NCBI GenBank assembly: GCA_951406725.2
Contig: OX597815.1
Location: 175,646,001-175,710,000, forward strand
From: Octopus vulgaris
Taxonomy: Eukaryota
Reading direction: 5' to 3'
DNA length: 64,000 nucleotides
Shown here piece after piece: positions 51,738 through 64,000 of this stretch; the first letter of the stretch is position 1; every line of letters begins with the position of its first letter. The notes beneath the pieces are model-generated. The model searched no databases. It saw only the letters and a program-made list of their open reading frames with translations, and was not told the DNA's origin. The translations under genes and the position numbers were made by a program.

Positions 51738-52519
51738 CGTTAGTGTGTGCCTGTGTTTGAATGTGTGCATATGTGTGTGTGTGTGTATTTATTTCTTCAT
51801 GTAAATGTATTGGCATGTATACACGTAAATAAATATATGGTTGCGTTTGTATGTGATTTTTTATGAGCTGTATTTAAGCGGCTTACAGGACACGCTTCTT
51901 TGTTTTCAAATGCATCAAAACATTGCCCTGCGTCTAATATGGTCGTATTATGGATGAGAAACCAAACGTTGTTATCTAGAGAGCCGACGGAGCATAAGTC
52001 CGCAAGGTATAATAATTGTTAGGAGCAAAAATATATTGGAAACCAGCGAAATTATCACAGTCTGTGAGCACAAATTTACGAAATATTTCTACGATAGATA
52101 GGCAGTTGTATGAGGAGGTTACATCGTATCTCCGTGTCAAGTTCCCCACCATACATAACATAAACTGAATATATCTTACATTATTTAATAACTGTGTTAC
52201 CTTTAAGGTACATTTTTGCTATTATGTAAGTGAAAAATATACGTAGAAAGATAAATGAAATGTTAACAAACTTACATGTCAAGTAGTTGCAGTGAGTGGA
52301 TGACTAATAAATCATAACGATGGTGTATTACTTTGGCAGCTGATCGCGATAACAAAAAGTATCACTGCCAGAAATCCGTGTTTCACATTCTGTATGGTAA
52401 TTCATCAAAATATAAACGATTATAATGCTGATCTGAATAAAGTTTAAACTGAGGTACGGTACTCCAAACAAAAAAAAAAAAAATTATTTATGATAAGTTT
52501 CCAACATACTTCAAACCAA

Positions 52520-53640
52520 TGGTAGAAAAAAAAAAGCCAATGATATTAAATTTAAGCTAGATGTCATAGCATATGTGAAAAAATTGCGCAGCACATTAGA
52601 GCTTAGGTTCACCACCAACAGAGAAAATAAGCACGTGGAAAAAAGAAGAATAAATGAAAGCTGCTAGACGTGGTAAACCGTGTCTCCACAGACGAATTGT
52701 GTTGTAGTCTGCACTAGAAGAACAACTGTAAACATGGTTGTTGGGCCAAAGAAGCTCAGGGTTTTTATTCTCCACTAAAATGGTTATGTACCATTCAAAA
52801 CTGGTAACAATGGACGGAAATATAATTTTAGAGTGCCAGCAGCCTGATGTTCAAGATGATCGGGGTGAAATAATCGTTTATGATGTCGAGAACAAGATTA
52901 GCACAAACATGCCTTCGCTTCCTGGAGACAAAGATAAAATCGTTAAGTTTCACAAGCATTTAATTAAATACAAGAAAGAGGTTAATTTTGATTTTGCACA
53001 GATAGCAAATATGGACGAAGTCTCCTTGATATTTGAGGTACCATCAACCAAGACGGTAAAATGCAAAAGTACGAAATCTATGACTGTTAAGACATGTGAC
53101 CATGAGAAAACACACAACTCGCTTGTATTAGCTTGTTGCCGCTGTCAACTCGTTTTAATTATCAAAAGAAGCACATTGCCCGAGGGAAGAATAATCAATG
53201 CCGTTGATGTTCATGTCATTCCAAAAGGTGTAACGAAGGAGGCAAGAATGAAATTATGGCTTGATAGGCGTCCTTTTGGGCTGTTGAATAAACTGAGGTT
53301 GTTAAGAGGAAAACTGGGGAATCATTTTAGAGCGTATAGATGCTTCAGTCAATAATCTATTTGAAGGAATTCATTCGCAAGAAGTGGAACAAGTGAATGC
53401 AGTCTCCAGATTTTGAAGTGATATCAACCGGAAGAAGGAAGAGGCCAAACTATTTACATATGTAAGTGAGCAAAAAGTTCTGTAAAACAAGAGGTAGTTG
53501 TGAATCTTTTTTTAAATGTGGCATTAATAATACCACATTATTTAAATGAAGCTATAAGGATGATTTACTATTTGAAGGAAATATTTTCGAGAATTATCTT
53601 CTGGAGATGAGGATTTTATTAGTCTTCTAAATGATGGTAA
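52520..53640 (+). mobile_element. pogo-family (POGK/Passer-like) transposase remnant
   Basis: FKLDVIAYV N-terminus; ANMDEVSLIFEVPSTKTV..VKTCDHEKTH..LVLACC matches the pogo DDE_1 N-terminal motif. Confidence 0.8.
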
Positions 53641-53954
53641 AATAAAGCTTTGTCATGTTTTTACTTTTCTTTTTATTGCTTGCTAAGTGAAGAACCCTGT
53701 TCTGTTGGATGAAATACCAGTTTCTACTACAATGCATTGGTTTTCTTCTTCCTGAGACTGTTCTAAAATTCAAATATATAAATTTACTTTGCTTATATAT
53801 ACCGTATCTATAAATAGTTTAAATAATGAAATAACATATTATAATGCTCTGTAAAATTATATATGCGCCCAGATATACATACATATATACGTATATATGT
53901 ATCAGAGATACGTATAAACATACATTTCTACGTATGTACATACATTCAAATGAG

Positions 53955-54275
53955 AAATTAAGCTTCTGAAAACCAGAAAGAAGAAAGCTGATTCAAAGTC
54001 TACAGATCCAAGCCATCACAGGAACTGTAAAAATCTGTAAAACTTTGCGGAAGTTTATAAGTATATATGAGCATGTCTATACGTGCAACTATATGTATAA
54101 GAATACATACATGAAGCAAAATCTACAAATCTGCACATATACACACATAACATGCAAAAATACACTGTTAATGTTGTTGAAATTCCAATGTAGGAACCTT
54201 GGACCAAGCTTAGAAACCGGCTCTTCGTCTATTGGCAAGAGATCTTCGAATAAAACTGAATAATGACACAGATAC
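53955..54275 (+). mobile_element. R4/Dong-like LINE 3' end
   Basis: LQIQAITGTVKICK and 3' UTR homologous to 19495-20000, without the MITE. Confidence 0.85.
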
Positions 54276-55307
54276 AATTTGCATGTTGCATTACATTAAA
54301 ATAAAAGTGGTTCATAACAGACGTGTCTGTTTCGCCCTAGCTTACGAAATAAAACAAAGAAATGTGCAATTTGGTTTAACCGACGACGGATTTGATAGAC
54401 AGCAATGGCGAGAGAGTGTTTAAAAGTATGGAGTTCTCAAAAAACGAGGAAAATTGATGAATACATGTTTTTATGATAGTAAAAGGGAATAAATGAGTGG
54501 CCAAGAAATGTTGATGAGAAACTGATAGCGGGAGTGCTTAGAGATCTATAGAAGATACAAAGAGAAAAAATAAGTAAGGTGGCAACGAATTCCCAACAAA
54601 TTAGATTGTCTTGAGGAAGGAAAATATGTAAAAACAGCAAAGTAGCGTCAAATAAGCATTTCTAATCAAGAGTTTAATCTTAATTATTTGAACGAAGGAA
54701 GCAAACAAATAGAAATAGACTGAGGCAAAATGATGTCGTTTGTATTAACTTCCAACAAACGAAAAAGTAAATAATGGTGAGAAAATGGTAGAGATTTCTG
54801 ATTAGAGATAATCAACTTGCTATGTTTACCGCACAAGGGTGTATATCTGATATTTAAATAGCAATTTTCATATTTACCAAATATTTTAAAAGAATATAAC
54901 AATTTGATTTTTTATTTGTTTCTATAATAACATATCTCTTTATTACAGACTATTTTTTAGCAATCTTACTTATAATTTTGGAAGTTCAAGCTACTTACTG
55001 GAGCGGTAAAATAAAAAGATTGGATCACTTCTAAGCGAGAATTTAAAAGTATCATTGCAACAAGGCAAACTGTTCCAAACAAAAATTATGGCGCAGATAA
55101 AAAAAAAAAGGATATGGAATGAGGCGGGGCGGGGGGGCGAGGAGAGAAGTTTCATAAATTAATTTGTAATTATAATAAAAGTCGTCCAGAAAAGATGTGC
55201 TAGCAAAAATAACACAACTGAAATTAACTGTCAGGAATAAAGAAACCAAAAAAAAAAATAAACAAACATTTTGCACGATTCTACATAATTAATATAGAAA
55301 GGGTAAA

Positions 55308-55722
55308 GGCGGCGAGCTGGCAGAAACGTTAGCGCGCCGGGCGAAATGCTTAGCGGTATTTCGTCTGCCGCTACGTTCTGAGTTCAAATTCTGACGAGGT
55401 CGACTTTGCCTTTCATTCTTTCGGGGTCGATAAATTAAGTACCAGTTACGCACTGGGGTCGATGTAATCGACTTAATCCGTTTGTCTGTCCTTGTTTTTC
55501 CTCTCTGTGTTTAGCCCCTTGTGGGCAGTAAAGAAATAGGTATTTCGTTTGCCGCTACGTTCTGAATTCAAATTCCGCCGAGGTCGACTTTGCCTTTCAT
55601 CCTTTCGGGGTCGATAAATTAAGTACCAGTTACGCACTGGGGTCGATGTAATCGACTTAATACCTATGTCTGTCCTTGTTTGTCCCCTCTGTGTTTAGCC
55701 CCTTGTGGGTAATAAAGAAACA
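55308..55722 (+). mobile_element. SINE family A, dimeric copy with 18-bp TSD
   Basis: Monomer 55308-55538 plus headless monomer 55539-55722; TSD TAATATAGAAAGGGTAAA at 55290-55307 and 55723-55740. Confidence 0.95.
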
Positions 55723-57410
55723 TAATATAGAAAGGGTAAATATAGAGGATAAAAGAGACGGTGAATCATACATAAAGAGAAACAAGAAAAGAAAAGAAAA
55801 GAGAAGAAAGAATTGATGCTAGAATAGCTTGTCTTGATGTAATTACTCTGCCAAAACGAATAAAACAAAGACAGGAAACTTTTGTCAAAGTTAGTGAAGT
55901 TGAGTTTAAGAGTACGAAAGTAGGAGTCGAGCAAAAGGAGCAGAAGTCTGAAGACATTGCACACTGACCTAATAAACTAACATTCATTATAGAAGTCAAA
56001 GAGGAATTAATCGAAACAGAAGGGAAACGGCTGTTACGATTCGACAAGTAATTTTCACTCGGTCAGTTATGGATGGTCAGATGACAGAATTTCCAAATAC
56101 GTCACTTTTTCAAGTTTATTTCTTGTGGCCACTGTTTTAAACTTTAAGGATTAATACAGGCATAAAAGTAATTAATGGAAGATATTGTTTCTTGTAGATC
56201 TGGGTTCGATTCTTGGAAAAATCTAAATTGCATGTTGGCTTTTGAAATATATTTAGTTTATTAAACATACGAATTCCTTTCACAGGCAAAATTAATTGTA
56301 ATGTTTAATTACAATTAAAGGCGTGAAATAGTGGAAATTCACGTTTGGGAACTCGCTGTGAAATTCTTTTAGCTCCTCTGCGAGAATCGAACCTGGTGAA
56401 TATACAATTCAATGGAGGATTATGGCCTCATACTCTGTGCGCGCAAAATATACTTTGTTAATCAATAATAGTATGATGAAAAATTTTCCTGTGTAAAAAG
56501 AAATAAAAAAGATAAAAAAATTACTGTCTAGTTATTTGATTTTTATTTATCACAAACTACGAAAATTGAATATGAGCGGTCCATCGGAGAGATATTACAA
56601 AATTTATCAACCGAAACTTACTAACAAGTTATGAGGGAAAAAACATAAAAGAAATGGATAAAAAAAAATGTAGTTCGTTTGCGAATTTGCTTTGCCCGCA
56701 GACAAAATGTAGATTACACGGCATTTGATTGATATCCAATGAACTATATATTAAAATGCTATGTAATATCACAGCAACTCGTATTCATTTACAATTATAG
56801 TTAAATTTTGCTTTATACTCAAAGAGTTTATTAGTTTCGCCGCAGTAATTAAGTTCGGCTTCACTTGGAAGCTAAAAACCTAATATATATCGATCGTATT
56901 ATAATTCCTAAATTCAGGTAGAAAATGATAGATACAATTAAGCCTTAAGGCTCAATAGTTATTAAAAATTATGTCTTTTTAGAAATATTGCATAATTTCA
57001 TCAATCGTAGATATCAGTATTATACGTATTTAAACAAAAACAAAAACATTTCAACAGATTTATGCCTCAAATAAAGGTAAATAGTTCTATTCTTTACACT
57101 ACTTGTTGTTCAGTCTCATCTTAACTCTGCTACAAAATAGATCTATATTTATGACCAAAGGGATCCCACATATTTCGAGAAAGGTTTGATGTTTGTTCTA
57201 GAAAGTCAAGCAGCTATGTTGAATTTTACTCATTGGCATCTAACGTGTAGTTTAGTAAAAAGGTTAAGCTATCTTTTGGTTCATTTTGAAGATGTATTCG
57301 CTGTGTTGTCTAATGATTTCAAATACCTACCAACCGGTGAGTATGTAAGAGCAAAATTATGCAGGTATTTTACCAGTAAAGATTTTCACCGAAGAAACTC
57401 TTTAAATATA

Positions 57411-57566
57411 GGCGCAAGCGTGGCTGGGTGGTAAGAGGCTTGTTTTCTAACCACATGGTTCCAGGTTCAGTCAACCCATTGCGTGGTTCTCTAAGTGTCT
57501 TCTACTGTCTCGGGCAGACCAAAGCCTTGTGAGTGGACTTGTTTGACGGAAAGTGAAAAAAGGTCG

Positions 57567-57614
<48 letters not shown>

Positions 57615-57657
57615 ATGTATGTATGTATGTATGTATGTATGTATGTATGTATGTGTG

Positions 57658-57717
<60 letters not shown>
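57411..57717 (+). mobile_element. SINE family B 5' half running into a (TG)(TATG)(TA) microsatellite
   Basis: Head GGCGCAAGCGTGGCTGGGTGGTAAG; microsatellite from 57568. Confidence 0.8.
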
Positions 57718-57719
<2 letters not shown>

Positions 57720-57809
57720 AAAGACAGAAGTTGAAAATGCACTGAGAATAGTCAAATCAAAATATTTGAAGCTTTAAACGGTTTCACAGTTTACACTGAT
57801 TTTCAAAAT

Positions 57810-60620
57810 GTTCAAATAAAAAGACGTGGCTTATGTCGCAGCTGTTTGGCTACTGTTAGAATCAGCAATGCTCGGGTACTGGACGAGTGCGTGCAGAACG
57901 GTTTCGTCGCTCTCAACGCACCTCGGGCTGGCCCGGCTGGTGGCACTTCCGTGCCAGTAAAGTTTATCCCGAACAGGCAGCGCCCCTCGGAAGCACTGTC
58001 AGGCAAGGGATTTCTGGAAGTTATCCATAGGCTTAGGCCCGAAAGTTCTCCACAACAGACCGATTAGTTGATCTTCACTGACTCCCAGAGTTTCCCCAAG
58101 AACGTCGCACTTTCCTTGACCTAGCCCTCTATAGAACGTTCGAGTGGAACTACCATCGACTGTGAGCGCTTGACGGCACTCGAGGTGCCAAGCGACCCTC
58201 CTCGGTCTACGCCTAATCCAGAATTGCAGCTCAGTCAAAGAGACAACTTGTGGGAAAGTGTGCCTGACAAACGGTAACCACGCCCGCTCGCCACCAAGGG
58301 AACACTGGAGATTACAACCTCAGGGCATGTCTGCGCATCAGCAACCACGGCATGCTCAGCCCTCCATTCAATGGCCGTTGACAGCAGATGGAACGCCTGA
58401 CCAGTAGAATGTGCCCCTCCCACAGAAAGCGGAAGAGTAAGCGCACCAGCTTGGTTGACTAGTAAACGGGACAAGGGACTACAGTCAATCGGTAATAGAT
58501 GACGGATGCGATGTACGCATTCGCCACCTCCGCTTGACCTTTCAAGGAGAGCTTCCTCTTGGTCCATTTCTGGGTGAGATTCGCTCCTCTGCACGTCACC
58601 TCGTCCCAGTTTTTCTTCACCAGGAGACCCGGACGAAGCCAGACTCCGAGCAACTTAACGGGACCGTCTGTCCAGCGCCCTATAATGCTGTTGGACGGTA
58701 TGGACTTGCTTCTCCAGATTCCGAGATGCAAGCCCATTGGCTTTACCGTGTTCATTTTTGCTCCCGTCACCACTTCATATTCTTGTAGTGTTTCGTCAAT
58801 CAGGTCTATATGTCTGGTTTGACACTATGACTGGCATCATCGGCGTATGCAGTCACAATCCTCCCCACATCCTAGATCACGCGGGACACCCCTCAAAGCC
58901 TCCAACATCCTCAGTAGTGGCTCAAGAGTCAGTACATACAGAAGGGAGGAGAGAGGGAGCCCTTGATGGACCGAACGCAAGATGCTGAATGGCTCCGACA
59001 GATAATCATTCACTCGAACAACCGAGCAGATGCCGCTGTACAAAGTAGCGGTCCAAGGAAAACTGAACCGAAACCAGCTGCCTTGAGGCTAGCTGCCAAG
59101 TATTTATTGATGGCCGACTCTATCAAAGGCTTTAGATTGAGCTAAATTGATCAGTGCCCCATCTATGCCAGCTTCGTTACCCACCCTCTCTATGATGTAA
59201 CACATAAGATGGAGGTTATCGTGAATAGCCCCTCGACAGACACAAGTGGTAATTCTCCCATTCTGCTGCCTGTTGCAGTAGACGTCTACCAAGAGGACCA
59301 AAAACAATCTGGCATCGAAGTATAAAGCTCGAGGTGCAGACCACCTCAAACCTAGCGATTTACCTCTCGTGCATTTCTTCATCGCTTCCTCTATCACCGC
59401 GCCTGTTATCGGCTTTTCACAGCATTTCGCTTTGCTCGTCGAGAGTCATGGCAGTCCGTCAAGGTAGACACTGAAATCTTACCTGTTTTCCGTCCTACCA
59501 TTCGTTCCGAACAGTTGAGCAAAGTGCCGCTGAAAAGCCGCACACATCTGTTTCGGTTCGGACACGTCGCATTCGCTCTGGTCCACTAAAGACCGAATGG
59601 TGGCTTTATTGTCACTTATCGCTTCAGCCACGCGGGTCCATCGTGACGCTTTCGTTCCCTCCCCGATTAGTGAACGTGCCTTAGCTCTGACGACAACGCA
59701 GCCTTCATTTTTGGCGTCGAAAAATTGGTCGAGGGCCAACCTCGCTGCCAGCACGTCGGTTGCGATGCCTGTCCTAAGCGCCTAACTAAATCTCTATTTC
59801 GTTCTATCGCCAATGCCTTGCTAAACCTAATTGATTCTACTCTAATTGCCCTTTTAAGAGCAAACCACCAGTTGTTGACGATTGCACCCGTCAACGCCCG
59901 CTCAACTAATTCGCTAATCCGATCTCTGTATATTTATTTCAGGGGGCACCTCCCCAATTTTAATTTCTGTCACGCGCCGACCTAGGTACAGGAATACTGT
60001 TTTGCGTCTTCCTCTGTTGTAAAACGCATTTCCACAGTGCTGAATCGTTATCCACGTGTTACATGGGTCTTGTCTTTCCAAATTGGTCTAAGTAATATTT
60101 CTAGTTTAGTGGCTTGTTCCACTTTTAGTGTTTAGGCATTTGTACGTGACCGTTTTTCTGTTCGTTTCTCTTATAATTTCCTTCGTTGCGTTTAGATGGA
60201 TATTCTTTCCATCTTTCGTCATTAATTCCTTTGATTCTTTTATTTCTGCTAGAGAAATATTTATTTTTATTCTCTTGTTTGTTTCGCCGCTGAAGCGAAA
60301 CCGCGTCCGTTCATTTTGCTTTTAATGTTGTTCGAGTTTTCTTCATTGCTCATGGCGGCGGTGGCGGCGTTAGAAATATTTCCCTGTTTACTCATGTTTA
60401 GGCTGTTATTGGTAGTTATTCAAGTTTGCTTCATTTTCTTTGTCGTTCACGACGGTGGTGGCGTTGGAAATGTTTTCTTGTTTATTCGTGTGTATGCTGT
60501 TGTTACTGGTGCTTGTCAGAGCGGGGTGGGTGGGAAATCCTCACTGTACTGGCCGTCAGAACAGCCACTGCCACTCCCCTTGACAGAGGAAGCCATCTTG
60601 TTTTTACATAGTTTCCACTA
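57810..60620 (-). mobile_element. Tx1/L1-like LINE with internal deletions (partial ORF1, ORF2 RT and C-terminus)
   Basis: LINLAQSKAFDRV, RSVHQGLPLSSLLY, TAYADD, VKLLGVW, LSLKGQAEVAN, MDNFQKSLA, CPRCQ.SDETVLHA-like finger. Confidence 0.9.
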
Positions 60621-60679
60621 ATTAGACTTTGACTGTAGATTTACTGACATGACTCCAAGAATACTATGTATATATATAT

Positions 60680-60719
<40 letters not shown>

Positions 60720-61119
60720 TTACACACACACATATATATATGCCATATTATTGAAAATAACCACTAAATGTATTTACAATGGAATTCACAGAAAGACTTG
60801 AAGAAATATGGAAAATATTTTACAATGGTATTTTGCAAACAATTACAAAGGTTTATTTTAAAAAAGACTGAAGAAGTTTTCAGAGAATTAAACTTACCGT
60901 TTCATGGGTGCAGATAAAGAAGTGAGTAACTTTGAAGGAATCGATAGGCTGCGTGAAGTTTTGGAAAGTGTTCAACTGGAACCGAAGGTTACACATTTTT
61001 GGAAAGTGGTGTACTCTACCATTTACACTTAGCGTTGTTCTGTTTGTCATTTTCATTTCGTTTTGACTTTCAGAGGATGGTAATATTTATCTATTTACAG
61101 ATCGACGGATGGATAGATG

Positions 61120-61131
61120 GGAGAGAGAGAG

Positions 61132-61222
<91 letters not shown>
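61120..61222. repeat. (GA)n/(GAAA)n microsatellite
   Basis: Direct inspection. Confidence 0.95.
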
Positions 61223-61225
<3 letters not shown>

Positions 61226-61873
61226 CTTAAATGGAGGAAAATAAGGAAAGTATTTAAAGAAGGTAAAAGTAAGGTTAAGTGATACTGAAAATATTGGGCA
61301 ACTAAAGTAAATGGCGAGAAAACGGAAGTCTATATATGTATGATAAGTACAAGTAACTATGTGAGGAGAAGGATTTGTGCCAAATGATCGGTAGCAAAGT
61401 GGACTAATCGTACTAAAGCTGATAAAGTGAAGAAAGTAAATGTCGTCGGCTGAACTAAGAAAACGGTGCACATAAAATCATATCTTTACTAAAGAGAAAG
61501 AAAACCCAAGAAAAACAAGAGATCCGTGACGGAATGAGAGAATAAACTCATGAAAAACATACAACATGACGAGTAAATAATATAAGCATTAAAAAGAATG
61601 ACGAAAGATGATTGCGGCAACAGCAGTGATCGTTACCTGGTATCTTACAGTTATTCCTGGTGTACTTTGGAATTTAGGATCCAATATTTATCTTCTTGTT
61701 TGTGCGTAAAAAATAAATTTAATAGAACGTGTAACTTAATTTTCATTAAAAGAGATTTATCACAAATGTATTATCGTAGATATAATCGCATAATGAAGGA
61801 GTTCGCTCCACAATCACATAGTTTCCGGTTCCACCTAATGGATCATTACATTCGACAAGTAGCTCCCAGCCAT

Positions 61874-61943
<70 letters not shown>

Positions 61944-62072
61944 ACACACACACACTTTGACTTTTTAGTTTCTGTAGATATTTACTTCTCAAATGATATC
62001 AATATTTTGGGAAACTAGTATCTGTGATATTTACTTCTCAAATGATATCAAACTTTTGGAAACACCTTGTGT

Positions 62073-62103
<31 letters not shown>

Positions 62104-62357
62104 TACTATATACGTATCTTTTATCTTTCACTTGTTTCAGTCATTGGATAGCAGCCATGCATGTATGAATTCCACTGTAATACGATCCATACGCACTTCA
62201 CAGTTCCAGTGTGATCAAATATAGACGCAGATATAGCTTATGATCATACATACATGCGCATGTGTGTATACATGCGTATGTGTGAATACACACACGCATA
62301 CAGATATGTACTTATATATATATATATATATATACATACATGTGCGCGTGCGTGTAT

Positions 62358-62368
62358 CCTTTAAATTT

Positions 62369-62416
<48 letters not shown>

Positions 62417-62844
62417 CATGTGCGCGTGCGTGTATGTAGATATGTATACATGGGTACATATGTTTGTGTGTATGGAGTTATATGTGTATGTGTGCGTATC
62501 TATGTAAGCGTGTGTTTATGTGTGTGCGTGTATGTGTCTGTACGTACGTACGTATCTGCACTTTTGTCTTTCGTCTCAGCCAAATTACAGCAATCGATTT
62601 CAAATTTTGGCACAAGGCCAGTAGTCTCAGTGGAGGGGAAGAAGTAGATTACATTGATCCCAGTATTTAACTGGTATTTGGTTTCATCCACTCCGAAAGT
62701 ATGAAAGAGAAAGTGGACCCGCGGTGGCATTGGAGGTCAGAACGCAAAGTCGGAAGAAATGCATCTAAGCATTTTGTCCGGTACGTTATCTATTCTGCCA
62801 GTTCGCCGCCTTAGATTGAAATAGAAATACTGACCCACTGTTAG

Positions 62845-62900
<56 letters not shown>

Positions 62901-63442
62901 TAATAAGGGTAGAAATTGATATTGTGGAAAATAGCGATTTGACGTCTATATCTAGCATGTAGACTGTCTACTTTTCGTGTTCAGTCCTTTAAATTTTGTA
63001 TATATATATATATATATACATGCGCGCGCGTGTATGTAGATATGTATACATGGGTACATATGTTTGTGTGTATGGAGTTATATGTGTATGTGTGCGTATC
63101 TATGTAAGCGTGTGTTTATGTGTGTGCGTGTATGTGTCTTTACGTACGTATCTGCACTTTTGTCTTTCGTCTCAGCCAAATTACAGCAATCGATTTCAAA
63201 TTTTGGCACAAGGCCAGTAGTCTCAGTGGAGGGGAAGAAGTAGATTACATCGATCCCAGTATTTAACTGTTACTTGGTTTCACCCACTCCGAAAGTATGA
63301 AAGAGAAAGTGGACCCTCTGGCATTGGAGGTCAGAACGCAAAGTCGGAATGAAATGCATCTAAGCACTTTGTCCGGTACGTTAACTATTCTGCCAGTTCG
63401 CCGCCTTAGATTGAAATAGAAATACTGACCCACTGTTAGCTA
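62358..63442 (+). repeat. Direct duplication of about 0.47 kb (62358-62847 and 62986-63442), each copy containing a minus-strand SINE A
   Basis: Both copies run CCTTTAAATTTTGTATAT...GACCCACTGTTAGCTAT with only a few differences. Confidence 0.92.
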
Positions 63443-63479
63443 TTCTGTTTATTTGTCTAGTGTTTATCATAATTTCTCA

Positions 63480-64000
63480 TATATATATACAAGGTTTACT
63501 AGGAGGACAACACCACACTCTCCGAATTGAGCAGCTGCCTCGAAGACTTTGGAACCCTTTCTGTTGAATTATTCTACAACAACTAATTTAATTATGGCCT
63601 CTGCAGTGAAAGGAGGCGTAACTCTACTTTTCTTTCTTTTCTATTTTCCTTGTTATTTTAGTTTTTCATATCTTTGTTTAACTAGAATCTCATATTCTCT
63701 CGATATCTCTATCTTTCTCTTTCCGCATTTCTGTTTCCCTCTCAAAATATATAAACCTTGCCCTCTGGCCAACTTGAAACGTTCGATCTCTGCAACAATG
63801 CAATGACGTGTTCCCCTCATCATACGTGTATTTATAGCAAAAACAAAAAACAAAAAAACTATTGGAAGCTCTTATCTTTATTGCGTGTACATTGTACATT
63901 AAATGATATATGTGTATATATATATATATATATTCCTATCTCCATCTCTTTAATTGTTTTCTATCCTCTACAGAAGAGCGTAGGCTCGAAACGTCAGAGA
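63480..64000 (+). mobile_element. Penelope-like pseudo-LTR region, running off the window end
   Basis: Ends with CAGAAGAGCGTAGGCTCGAAACGTC, the same hammerhead-like motif as at 14356. Confidence 0.5.

Noticed and set aside
57186-57400. 45-nt exon with a GTGAGT donor, or a Buster-type hAT remnant
   Set aside because: Both readings are too weak to support without a search
61977-62062. Local tandem duplication of about 49 bp (GATATTTACTTCTCAAATGATATCAA x2)
   Set aside because: Ordinary slippage duplication with no further structure

Overview
AT-rich, microsatellite-dense eukaryotic DNA. The SINE families and overall repeat landscape point to an octopod cephalopod (Octopus-like); this is inferred from recalled repeat families, not from a search. 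The window looks intergenic or deep-intronic and is largely a mosaic of decayed transposable elements. These include at least four SINE families (labelled A-D here), Penelope-like elements (RT, GIY-YIG, hammerhead-like pLTR motifs), R4/Dong-, Tx1/L1-, CR1- and RTE-type LINE fragments, mariner, Tc1, maT and pogo DNA transposons, and two foldback MITEs. No intact host gene could be established. A few splice-bounded open frames are reported only as low-confidence exon candidates. The best-supported observations are a SINE-B/CR1 shared 3' tail with a covarying stem-loop, a recurrent dimeric SINE-A junction, a palindromic MITE with an 8-bp TSD and its empty site elsewhere in the window, and hammerhead-like motifs. 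Most element boundaries are approximate. All homology calls are by eye.
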